Part shown: positions 52,388-64,000 of the stretch, piece after piece
How positions within the stretch are numbered: position 1 is the first letter of the stretch
Layout: each line of letters starts with the position of its first letter
DNA from: Octopus sinensis
Taxonomy: Eukaryota
Direction of reading: 5' to 3'
Length of the DNA stretch: 64,000 nt
Assembly: GCF_006345805.1 (NCBI RefSeq)
Contig: NC_043005.1
Location: forward strand, 108,934,001-108,998,000
Made by a program: the position numbers and the translations under genes
Notes under the pieces: generated by a model
Database searches by the model: none
What the model saw: the letters and a program-made list of their open reading frames with translations, nothing else
Told to the model about the DNA's origin: nothing

Positions 52388-53258
52388 TACATAAGTATGT
52401 ACCCCCAGCAAACATTTAGCAGATGATTTTGGTACCGCATGTAAAGACAGACTACGTTGACCTTCTACAGATGACAGCAGCAATAATTACACACTGGAAG
52501 ATAGACACTGCTTGGAGTTTACAGCAAACTGTTGATACAGCAATATGTGGCTTGCCCAACATAACTGGAAACATTGGGCTATATTCGTGGTGATGGAGGT
52601 TCCTGTTGTCTATCTAGGCCATCCGTCTTAGCTACCTTCCTGGGTAGTCTGATTGGCAAAAATGCGTGCTGAATAGAGGACTGGAAGTCCAATTCTAGGA
52701 GGTTCAAGAAAGACGGTTCACCCCATTGCTTCATGCTGATTGGTTGGTTAATATACCAATCATGTGAAACTAGGGTGGTTTGCTCATAATGTCTGAGTGC
52801 GTATCCAGGAATTCAGTTTCAAATCTCAGCTACAAGTGCTTTAAAATAGCATGTTTAATGCAGGCACATATATATGTTCATATATGTGCACATGTGTGCA
52901 AGCATGTGCATGAGGATATGTATATGTAGTGCAAATTCTATTTTGTTGCATAAAATATATTCAAGCATAAAATATTTTTATATATCAATAGATTGCAGTA
53001 GACAATATTTGTCTTAGCGATTTTCATTGAGTTTTCCCCAAATCCTTTTACACATGAAATATTTTCTGCCATCTTGAGTAATGTATTGTTCAGCATTAAC
53101 ACCACACACATACACACACACACACCACACACACACACACACACACACGTGCGAGCATGTGTGTGTGTGTGTGACTTTTGCTTATTTTTTTTTTATTCTT
53201 CCAATATCAACCCAGTCAGAGTAATCAAATATATTTCTGTATATTTATATCAGTTATA

Positions 53259-53323
<65 letters not shown>

Positions 53324-54547
53324 ATATATGCCTATACACACACACACATGCACAAAACACACACATACGTACACACATATATACATGACATAGCTTGATA
53401 GATTTTTACAGGCATACTTATATACATAGATGCTTAATATGTCAATACGAACATGCACGCAGTACTCTACATGTGTGTGAGTATGTGGGTACTCATATGT
53501 GTATATGTATCTGTAAAAGATATATTATTATTATGGCAAAGTATTTGCACATTTTAGAGAAGCATGTCATTTATATATGTTTTTTTTATTGCTGCAGTTG
53601 CTTAGATGCAGGGTTTGAGGTACACTATAAATTGCATCCATAACAGGTGCAGTAAAATGGCTAGTAAATGCATTGTTCATGTACAATTCCTGAGGAACAT
53701 ATTTTCAAGAATATTGCCCCATTTATATGGTGCTAGTGGTTGACCATCTTGAAAAATGATAATTGTTATTCAGAATCCACTGATGGCTGGGACCTGGAGC
53801 ATAATTCTGGGAGACAATATAGAAAGGGAGATTGAGATAGAGGGGAATAATTGGAGAGGTTAAGACAGAGTAAGAGAGAGGGAAATATGGGGAGACAGAG
53901 AGAGAGAGAGAGAGAAACACATGTTCTGCAAAGTATGAAACAGTAATTGAAAAGGAGAAAGAAAGAGAGAGTTGGGCTGAGAAGTAGTTAGAGAGAAATA
54001 AGAAAAGAGAGAAATTATAGATGGAAAATGTATGAAAGGAGAATGGAGAAAGGGAAATAGATATAAAGAAGGAAAAGAAAAGAGAATGTTGATTCGAGAG
54101 AGACAGAGAAATTAAGAGAGAGAGAGGGAGGAAAGACTGAAAGAAAGAAAGAAACATGAAAAAAAACCGCAGGAAGAGAATAACAAGAAGTGTGTGAGAG
54201 AATGTGAATAGAAGTAATAAGTGATGGAGGAAAGGAAAAAATAGAGAAGGATGGAGTAAGGGCTGGAGAGAAAACTATAGATAAATTAAAGAGATGGAAG
54301 AAGAGATAGAGAAAGGAAGGGAGTGAGGATGAAAGGTACAGTAATATTACAAGGGAAAGTGAGAAAAGTTATTAGTAATTTAAAGGGAATGAGAATAGAG
54401 TGGGGAAGACAGAGAAGAATGAATGAAAATTGGGAAAGACATTAAATTTATAAGACTTTTTAAAACAATTCTTTGCTATACAAAACAATAGTTTGTGCAT
54501 ACCTTCCATGTTCCTGGATTACTTTAGAAAGTTTTGTATTTTGATAT

Positions 54548-55000
54548 CTGGAGATATGCTGTGACTGTAAAGACCTGACAAATAACTGTTGCCTGCACCA
54601 GCTTCACATAGAAGCCCCAGCCCATCCAAAGTGCCTTGGATCACAGGACAGCCTGCTGTGCTTACCTTGGCTTGTAGGGCAACCTGCTGTGCATGAGGAG
54701 ACCTATTGAGTCAAGTACATCAACATCAAGAAATCTAATGGAATTGTAGTTGTGATACCTGTGCCGGTGTCACGTAAAAAGCACCATCCGAACGTGGCCA
54801 ATGCCAGCGCTGCCTTGACTGGCTTCCATGCTGGTGGCATGTAAAAAGCACCCACTACACACATGGGGTGGTTGGCATTAAGAAGGGCATCCAGCTGTAG
54901 AAACACTGCCAGATCAGTTGGATCCTAGTGCAGCCTCCTGGCTTCCCAGACCCTGGTCGAACCATCCAACCCATGCTAGCATGGAAAACGGACGTTAAAC

Positions 55001-55037
<37 letters not shown>
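54548..55037 (+). mobile_element. RTE 3' end (ORF2 end plus UTR, long GAT tail)
   Basis: tctggagatatgctgtgact (W.YAVT) start; shared UTR. Confidence 0.85.
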
Positions 55038-55039
<2 letters not shown>

Positions 55040-55483
55040 AAGAAGTTGCTAGCCCCCCAGTTCTCTTTCCATTTTAAAGTAAGTTTTGGCTATGCTACCA
55101 ACACAAAGCGAATTAAATACCATGAGTCCCCATAAGTTTCCTGCAAACAATATATCCTAAGTCTCCTGAATCCAGTTGTTCAAGTAGAAACACCAGTATA
55201 TTTGCAGTAAAGAGGCATTCATATATGAAATGGAAATTAAAATTAACAAACCCCAGATCTCATACTTCCCTGAAGTACTGAATTAGTATATCAGAAAGGT
55301 CATTCATAAATAGATTTTATAATCATTGTTCATCTTTCAGAAACTTTGCTAAAGGAAATCAAAAGGATCTAGGCTGTATGATATGTGTGTGAGTGTATTG
55401 TGTGACAATGTTTATGTATGTATATATATGCAGATCATATACATAGATGAATATATACAAATGTGTGTGTATATATATGTATA

Positions 55484-55640
55484 CGACAGATTTCTTTCAG
55501 TTTCCATCTACCAAATCCATTCACAAGGTTTTTGTTGGCCTGAGGCTATAGTAGAAGACACTTGCCCAAGGTGCCATGCAGTGGAAATGATCCTAGAACC
55601 ATGTGGTTGGTAAGCAAGCTACTTACCACACAGCCACTCC

Positions 55641-55643
<3 letters not shown>
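55484..55643 (-). mobile_element. SINE family A head
   Basis: Reverse complement of the head and body. Confidence 0.85.
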
Positions 55644-55689
<46 letters not shown>

Positions 55690-55875
55690 TTGAAACTATG
55701 GAAATATTTAAAAAACATTTAATTTAATTTTCCACAACTTAATATTTTTTCATGCTTTACTTTGAAAAATTCACAAAGACTGAAACCGGTACTAAAATGT
55801 TTTTCATGATAAAAGTATTTTAGCATTTTCTACCTGGTCTTATTTTCCTAATATATATATATGTATAAATATGAA

Positions 55876-56200
55876 AGCACATGGCTCAGTGGTTGGAGCA
55901 TCAAGCTTATGATCGTGAGGTTATGAGTTCAATTCCTGGACTGGGCTGCATGTTGTGTTCTTGAGCAAGACACTTTATTTCACGTTGCTCCAGTTCACTC
56001 ACCTGTAGAAATGAGTTGCGACATCACAGGTGTCAAGCTGTATCAGCCTTTGTCTTTCCCTTGGATAACATCGGTGGTGTGGAGCAGAGAGGCTGGTATG
56101 GATGGGCGACTGCTGGCCTTCCATAAACCACCTTGCCCGGACTTGTGTTTCATAACTTTCTATGGGGCAGTCCCATGGTCATTCATGACCGAAGTGGATC
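55876..56200 (+). mobile_element. tRNA-derived SINE family C
   Basis: A box TGGCTCAGTGG, B box GAGTTCAATTCC; central ttgagcaagacactt..gctccag..cactcac(c)tgtagaaatgag block resembles conserved central SINE domains (superfamily not assigned). Confidence 0.8.
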
Positions 56201-56273
56201 TCCTCATATGTATATATATATATATATATATAACATATATATATATATATAAACATATATATATATATATATA

Positions 56274-56319
<46 letters not shown>

Positions 56320-56430
56320 TATATATGTCTCCATCATCATCCAATGTTCACTTTCCCTGTTGACATGAGTTGAACGGTTTGACAAGTGCATGTATGTATG
56401 TATGTATGTATGTATGTATGTATATATATA

Positions 56431-56463
<33 letters not shown>

Positions 56464-57011
56464 GATATATATAAAACCATTATACTAAGATGTACTTTAG
56501 TTGTATCCTTGTACTTGTTCTAATTCTTACTCTTATTCTTTTTCTACTCTGTTTTAAAAAAGACAAACACACTGTAGCTATTGTTAACTGAGTTTTATAT
56601 ATATGTGTTAGCCCCACCGACCACTTAGACCCTCTGATGAAGCCTAGAGGCACATTCACTATCCAAGCCTTATCTGCTCATCCCTACATAACACTGAAGA
56701 GATGGAGATTACCTGGAAGATTTTGTTGCCTCTTGGCAGAAACGGCTGTAAGGAACTAGCACCTACACACCCATTCTGTTTTATAGACAATCTGTTCCTT
56801 TGCTCATTAGCTCATCTGCTCAATTGCTCACTCATTCCTATATGCTTATATGCTTCCACATCCTTGTTTTTGCATTTACCAATTACTAGCTCTTTCCATT
56901 TGATAAGCTGTACCACTAATACATGTGTGTGTATGAATTCAATACATTTGGAATAAATAGTCATCGATCTCATATCCTCTCCTCTTTCTTATTTGCTATA
57001 TATATTTTTTT

Positions 57012-57400
57012 TATTCTCTTGTTTCAGTCATCTAACTTCAAATGTGTTGGAGCACTGCCTTTAGTCAAACAAATCAACCATCAACCCCAGGACTTATTCT
57101 TTGTAAGCCCAGTAAATATTCTATCGGTCTCTTTTGCTAAGTGACGGGGACGTAAACACACCAGCATCGGTTGTCAAGCAATGCTAGCGGGCCAAGCACA
57201 GACATACAAACACACACATATATATATATATACATATATACGACAGGCTTCTTTCAGTTTCCGTTACCAAATCCACTCCCAAGGCATTGGTCGGCCCGGG
57301 GCTATAGCAGAAGACACTTGCCCAAGATGCCACGCAGTGGGACTGAACCTGGAACCATGTGGTTGGTTAGCAAGCTATTTACCACACAGCCACTCCTGCG

Positions 57401-57402
<2 letters not shown>
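57012..57402 (-). mobile_element. SINE family A, full length; partial head copy at 57444-57550
   Basis: Matches 17036-17444. Confidence 0.88.
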
Positions 57403-57445
<43 letters not shown>

Positions 57446-57825
57446 GATGGGCTTCTTTCAGTTTCCATCTACCAAATCCAATCACAAGATGTCACACAGT
57501 GTGACTGAACCCAGAACAATGTGGTTGGGAAGCAAGCTTCTTACTACAAAGCTGTAAAATTATCACAAAACTCTTACTTAGAGTTTCACATTCCCATTCA
57601 TTGGACATTTGTGATTGATACATTTGGTATTCAACTACTATTTTTTTCCACTTAGTTTTGCATTTATTAACTTACTTGTGTGTGTATGCACATACATCTA
57701 TATATGTATATATACAGTATATGTCTATTTATATATGTATTTATATATATATAGCGTTATACTAATACATCTGTTTGTTTTGTACACCACCTGTCTTCGT
57801 CTTGTTTTTTTTGTAAAACCCTCCC

Positions 57826-57867
<42 letters not shown>

Positions 57868-57902
57868 CATATTTATATGCACACACACACATGAACATAC
57901 AT

Positions 57903-57938
<36 letters not shown>

Positions 57939-59339
57939 GAAAGATTTTAAGAAAAATTTGCAGAGATTTTCTAACAGTTTTTACTGGTATTGTATGCAAT
58001 AAATAAATGAAGGAATTTACCCAAACTCTTACGTTGGTGCTTCTGAGCTTAAATAAGTTGAAATTAATGAAAATAGGAAAGAAACACAAGAAGAAAAATA
58101 ATCATAGAAACCATTACTAAAATCTACCTTACATATTTCTCATAACTTACATATTTTTTCTGTAAATTTTCCATCATAAAAATGCTTGAACCATCTGCTT
58201 CTGCTTGATAAATTTGCCTGTCTCTTTTTCTTTCGTTTATTTCATTTAGCGAGTTTTTAGCATTTTGCTTTTTTTTCTTGATATTTGCATATCTGCAATT
58301 TTCATTATATTTTACACCATATTGTTGCCATAAAAAGTCTTAGACACTTTCAAATAAATTTTGTTATATTCATATTCCTTTTTTATGATTCTTTAAAAGG
58401 AAGGATTCAGCTATACACATATATATATACATATATATATATCAATATAACAATTCAATTTTTTTTTGTTTATCTCTATTTATCCCATGGTGTCTCTCTT
58501 TGTTAGAAATTATGTAAGTTTTGGGAAAAAATATTCATTGAAATGATTTATATTTGTTTATATTTGTAATATATTCATTGAAACTATTTATATTTGTTCC
58601 TTCTCTTGAAAATTGCTTTCTTTGTTTGTTATATGCTGTCTGATAAAATGTTTCTCAATCCACTTACCAAAGCACATCTTTTAGGTGCTGCATGAAAAAA
58701 AATTGGACATTTGAGGTCCTCAGAAGTTTCTGAGGAATGCATATTTATCTATGAGACATAGGATCTGCTTATCACTATCCTCATATTTCATCTCTTTTTT
58801 GCTAAATTCAAGACCATAAATATTAACACTATGTTAGTTTATTACAATGTTACTAACTGAAAACTAAACTACAAAACATTCACATAGAAATAAGTATGTG
58901 CATGTGTACATGTTTGTATGCATTAAAGTATGTATGCATGTGTGTGTGTGTGTGTCTGTATGTACGTATGTATGTATACAACTACACCCATTATGTTTTC
59001 CACTCACCATTTTTGCATAAAATATATCTCTTCCATAAATTTGACCAATGTTGATGTGGCAGCCTAACAATCGAAAAAGGTTTGGTGGTAAAGGTTACAA
59101 AATTTATAATCTGCAATTATAAAGGAAGCGATACTGAACTCAAATCTTTTTCATATCCTAGAGATAAGACTGAAAGTCTGGAAACGTTGAATAGGGATCT
59201 AAAAATTTTACTGTTCCAAACAAACTGTGAAAAACATATATGAAAATGTAAAAAATCTATAATAAAATGCTAAAACCGAAACTGTTATATACTTGTGTGT
59301 GTGTGTGTGTGTGTGTGCGTGTGCATACATATGTTTTCA

Positions 59340-59530
59340 TATTTATGTACATAACCACTACACATTCTTTATTTTCTCTTTTTGTTTCTTTCTGTGTTCC
59401 TTTCTGTGGAAGAGCGTAGGCTCGAAATGTTAAAAACTTTTTCACTTCCCAAGCATTAAACTAATACATCTGTTTGTTGTCTACACCACCTGTCTTCGTC
59501 TTTTGTTTTTTGTGAATTCTCCTGCTATAT
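59340..59530 (+). mobile_element. Short Penelope-type repeat with a variant hammerhead-like motif; 3' part repeated at 57755-57830
   Basis: ctgtggaagagcgtaggctcgaaatgtt; taatacatctgtttgtt..tacaccacctgtcttcgtctt shared with 57760. Confidence 0.65.
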
Positions 59531-59779
59531 ATATATATACATATATATATACATACACACACACACACACACACATACATATGTGTTGTTAATTGCTTGA
59601 AATGAGGAGTAGCTGGGAAAGCCAACAACTGATGAAGGGTAATTATTTAGGCTAGTTATCTTGTTTTCCGTTTGTTTCTCTTGTTGTTCGCATACCAATG
59701 TTTATCTTTGTATTTGATGTTGTTTACATTTTGTAACGTCCTGTACTCATATATATAATTTCATTTTGGGGAGAAACTC

Positions 59780-60900
59780 AGTAATTTGTTTGCTTTAGAA
59801 AGCCTACCTACGGGTATCAGCTAACAGCTGATTTTACAACAAAAACTGATCGTATTACTGACAATATATCTGAATATCCATAGGGTGTATATAGAACTAG
59901 CAGAGTAAATTAGTAAATGTAAAGAATATTAGTGAATCTAACAAGAATTCCATTTCTCATGAGTTTATATATCATAATGGAAACAAGAATCAAACAATAA
60001 TAAGTCCAATAGAGGGAGTATATTATGGTATAATGCTGTACTTGGACTACATATATCATTTAAGCTTGTGAGAGATTTTTTCTCTGCATTAAATAAACAC
60101 TTCCCTAAATGAAGTAAATACCACAAAATTTTGTATACACTCTGATGAAGTTGTTATGTACGACATCACACAACTTAGAATATCATATACATAGATTTAA
60201 TTACAGGAAGCCTAATCAAGCACATATTAATACTAACAATAGGCTGAATAGTAATATAAATCTCACAAATAACGAAAATGGTCATTTTTGCTTATATAAA
60301 GGTGATGTTGGGAATACTAACAACTATAAGGATAGCATAAATAATGATGCTAATAATAACAATTTTAATGATAACATTGAGAATAAAAATTATTACAATA
60401 ATGACAGCAGCATAGATGATAAGTACTCATAATACAAATGGTAGAAATAATAATAACAATAATAATGTCCAATTTGATATTAATGAAATGAAAAATACAA
60501 TTGTAGAAACAATGCTGCATATCCTCTGAAAAATGAATGTCTCTGAAAGAACACCATACACAGATGCATAGCCTGAACTAAAACAAAAGAATTTGCAGAT
60601 ACTGGTGCAGCAATCAGTTACTTCAAAAACTGATGGCATAATCACTTTGAATCTTTTCAAAGAAAATATAGAAGTCACAATGCATCTTTTGCTAACCTAA
60701 TTTGAAGGCTCATGGGAAAGAAGGTACAACTCAATGTCTACTGATCAGTAATTAAAACTGTTCGTATATATGAGGTGAACTACAGATTATGCTATCTATC
60801 TTGTGTATCTAAGAGTACAAGGATAAATTGATGGGTAGACACTTCGAGACATTTATGATGTGTAACCAGTGGTTTAGAGAATCTTCCAAAGAATACGAAA
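59780..60900 (+). mobile_element. Decayed Penelope-like element (thumb/linker plus GIY-YIG)
   Basis: RGSILWYN...FFSALNKHFPK*SKYHKI (IIWFNPP..KHFPK motif); YPLKNECL*KNTI.RC...FKN*WHNHFESF. Confidence 0.75.
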
Positions 60901-62117
60901 AGCATTTCATGCAGAACATTTAATTAGTTGATTATTATAAATGAAAATATTTAATCATGCAACAATCTATAAACAGGTGAGCATACCTCAGTAATTTTGT
61001 AATGATGTGAGCATGTATTTCTATCTATACTCTGTTATCTTTTAATTACATGGTCATATTTAACCTTTCATTTCAAGCTTAGTATATATATATGTTATTG
61101 ATTATCTTCTAGTGTATGTATGTATAGATATATGTGTGTGTATGTATGTATGCCATTAATTATGTATCTCTCAATATATATATATATATATACGTGAATA
61201 TCTGCATATATGTGTATAGGGGGTGTACAAGCATGTGCATATCGATATAAATATCAAAGAAGGGAAAATGATTTCAACGTAATTTTAATTTACTATCATA
61301 ATTTAATAGTTTATTTCTTTAATACATACACATCGTGCTATTGGACTAATTAGATAAATAGTGTAACAGCAGGCCATTTGTAAATCAGTTTAAGGTGGAA
61401 GACAGCTTTGGGTACAGTAGGCAGTATCATACTGAACTACTATGCTCAGATACTAACTGACCTTAGGGGAAACACTTGATATTAAGGAATTCGAGCTATG
61501 CAGACACAAAGACAACTTAAATTATGCTTTATCTGTTATTTGCTTATTTTCCTTTCATTTTCTTTTCATTTTCCCTTTATGTTTTCATCATTTACCTCAG
61601 TTATTGACTGGTTGAGATGAATTTGTTGCTTACAGTTAAATGGTATTTGTTTTCTTGTTTTAATTGTTATACGCTAATGAAAGGAAGTATGATAACATCA
61701 ACGTGAAGCATATTTTGTAGAATATGTTTTGATTTAGCGAACCACTTGTGTATACACTTGAAGAATCGATACTTAGCAATATTATTGAAATAATACTGAT
61801 ATCATATATTATTTCATATATCATATAATAATATTTCAGCAAAGATTTACTTGTAATATTGCTATGAAATGATTGTAATATTACGCAATAATGCATGTTA
61901 CTCAATCCATTCCTTTCTGGTAATGCACACACACACACACCTACATGCTTCTTTTATCTTTTATTTACATTAATCATTCAACTGCAGTTATGTAGTACAA
62001 TTCAGCCGTAGTACTTCTTTAAAACTACTAAGTGAAAGAAACGTGAACGAATCAACATCGATCGTCAAATAGTGGTGGGGCACCAGCTCAAATAGAAAGA
62101 CACACTCATATACACAC

Positions 62118-62157
<40 letters not shown>

Positions 62158-62310
62158 CAGGCTACTCTCAGTTTCCATGTGCCAAATCTACTCACAAGAG
62201 ATTTGGACAGTGTGCAGCTATAGTATGAGACACTTGTACTACAAATGTAGAATGTAGTAGGACTGAACCCAGAATCATGTGATTGGGAAGCAAACTTCTT
62301 ACTTCACTGC
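62158..62310 (-). mobile_element. SINE family A head, decayed
   Basis: caggctactctcagtttcc...ggactgaacccagaatcatgtg. Confidence 0.65.
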
Positions 62311-62332
62311 TATGTCTGTGCACTATATATAT

Positions 62333-62398
<66 letters not shown>

Positions 62399-62491
62399 CA
62401 TATCTAATGTAGGATAACATTTTTCGAAAAATATTCTACCAATGGCCAGCATATTAAAAAATACCTTTAAAGGTTAAATTTATAAACAATT

Positions 62492-62616
62492 TATAAGTAA
62501 GGGCAAAAGAAAAATTTCTAATGCCGAAAATAGGCATAACACCAATGGTTATTGACGTTATATCTATTTTCGGCATATTTTGGCATTAGAAATTTTTTCT
62601 TTTGCCCTTACTTATA
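62492..62616. repeat. Inverted repeat, 34-35 bp arms, with an inner short inverted pair
   Basis: tataagtaagggcaaaagaaaaatttctaatgcc / ggcattagaaattttttcttttgcccttacttata; inner gccgaaaatag / ctattttcggc. Confidence 0.85.
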
Positions 62617-63164
62617 TATATATAATATTTTATAATTACGAGTATAATTATAATTAGGGTTCAGCAATGATTTGCTTTACCACATACCGAAGTTTAGAAA
62701 TAGCAACCAAAGAACCTTAGCTATTTCTTCTACTATAAGACGAGACTCCCGGACAAAACAAAATACTCGAAATAGCCCACACAGACAGAGAGGAAAATAA
62801 CGAAATTCACTCGGTATTTGATTACCCATGGACGCATTTCGGAATTAGATCGGTATGAAGAATGTAAAGATCAAACTTCACCCAAACATTTTCCTCTTCA
62901 GCACAGGATTCCACGATATTAAATTTGAGGGCACTGGAAAAACTAACATGCCTATCCAATTCAAAACAGTATCAGACAGATCACATTCAACGTCCAGTAC
63001 CGACGAATTCAAAATATACGAATGAGGTTCCTCATCTTCCCTCGCCCATCCACTACATTGTTTAAGTTTACCGAAAAATGGTCCTTTTTCATGTCGAATT
63101 CTACTTGGTAGAATTATTAATTACTAGTTAATTAATTAATTTTACCCTTTATTATTATTTAGAG

Positions 63165-63197
<33 letters not shown>

Positions 63198-63519
63198 TTA
63201 TATATATATATATTTATATTTATTTATTTATATATTTATGTATATGTATGTGTGTGTATACATACACACGCACATACATACATACATACATACATACATA
63301 ACATACATACATAGCAACTTCAGATTTATAGTTAGAATTACCCAGAGGCAAAAACTAATATGAAAAAGGAAGTTATGAAAGCCGAAGGATCCTTCAAATG
63401 ACCAGAGATTGAGAGATGTTGTATATGTATGTGCATGTGTGTGTGTGCGCGCGTGTGTTTGTGTGTGTATGTATGCGTGTATCAAATATCTTGTAATGCC
63501 TGGATAACTGTTCTCTGAA

Positions 63520-63860
63520 CAGCAAAAACTTGCCCTGGAATGATGAGAAATACATTCAAGGAGAGATACATGACGCATTTGGCTTCGTTCAGAGGCAAAG
63601 ACAAAAAACACTCGTCAACTTTATACAATATGGTATGGATACTTAAAAAGAGGAATGTAAACAACCCCCCATATAAACTGAAGCATCATAGTGAGGCTAG
63701 AAAATTTAGGGGACTGGCAGCGAATGCAACCTCTGTATCACAGAAAAATTGAATATTATAATCAACAATGACCTTTTAAATATTAGGGAAGAAATATTCT
63801 CCTCTTGCATGCACAAAGAGCAATTCATAGTTCAAAATTTCAAAAATGACTCCCAACCTA
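63520..63860 (+). mobile_element. Penelope-like GIY-YIG endonuclease C-terminal remnant
   Basis: TFKERYMTHLASFR..KKHSSTL..VWILK; CNLCITEKLNII...LLNIREEIFSSCMHK. Confidence 0.85.
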
Positions 63861-64000
63861 CTCTGCTACCCTTCAAATATGGGTGGTTTTTTGGATATTG
63901 TCTCTATGCACATTATAGTTTATATGTGCATTAAAGAGATATACCCCCCTGAAGTTATGATGAATTTCTTAAATCTATGAAATGCCATACATAATTATAT

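Noticed and set aside
55876-55960. tRNA gene
   Set aside because: It has A and B boxes but no convincing cloverleaf and continues into a SINE body; the same applies to family A and B heads
56625-56660. CTGATGA-AGCC-TAGA-GGC hammerhead half
   Set aside because: The GAAA and stem III are missing; at best a truncated remnant
60105-60125. CTGATGA as a hammerhead core
   Set aside because: It lies inside the decayed PLE coding region with no stem II or GAAA partner

Overview
AT-rich eukaryotic DNA saturated with microsatellites, most likely from an octopus or other coleoid cephalopod. This is inferred from the SINE/LINE repertoire and the extreme (TA)n/(TG)n/(ATT)n/(GAT)n load, not from a database hit. 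I could not recognise any host protein-coding exon, so the window reads as a large intron or intergenic region. Almost all ORFs in the supplied track are microsatellite artefacts or transposon debris. Recognisable content: three tandem R4/Dong-like RLE retrotransposon fragments embedded in (TAA)n; an L1/Tx1-like element interrupted by a 5'-truncated RTE with a 12-bp TSD; an RTE LINE remnant with a PHD-type finger, whose 3'UTR explains many short (GAT)n-tailed repeats; a CR1/L2 3' end; a full-length decayed mariner with TIRs; two non-autonomous Helitrons; TTAA-flanked MITEs; Penelope-like (GIY-YIG) remnants; and dozens of tRNA-derived SINE copies from at least three families (labelled A, B, C here). 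The most interesting signals are minimal hammerhead-ribozyme-like motifs in short Penelope-type repeats, a 349-bp spacerless palindrome plus three other fold-backs, the (TAA)n-embedded Dong-like cluster, and a SINE whose internal microsatellite hosts further insertions. Coordinates were read by eye, and the ends of decayed elements are approximate.
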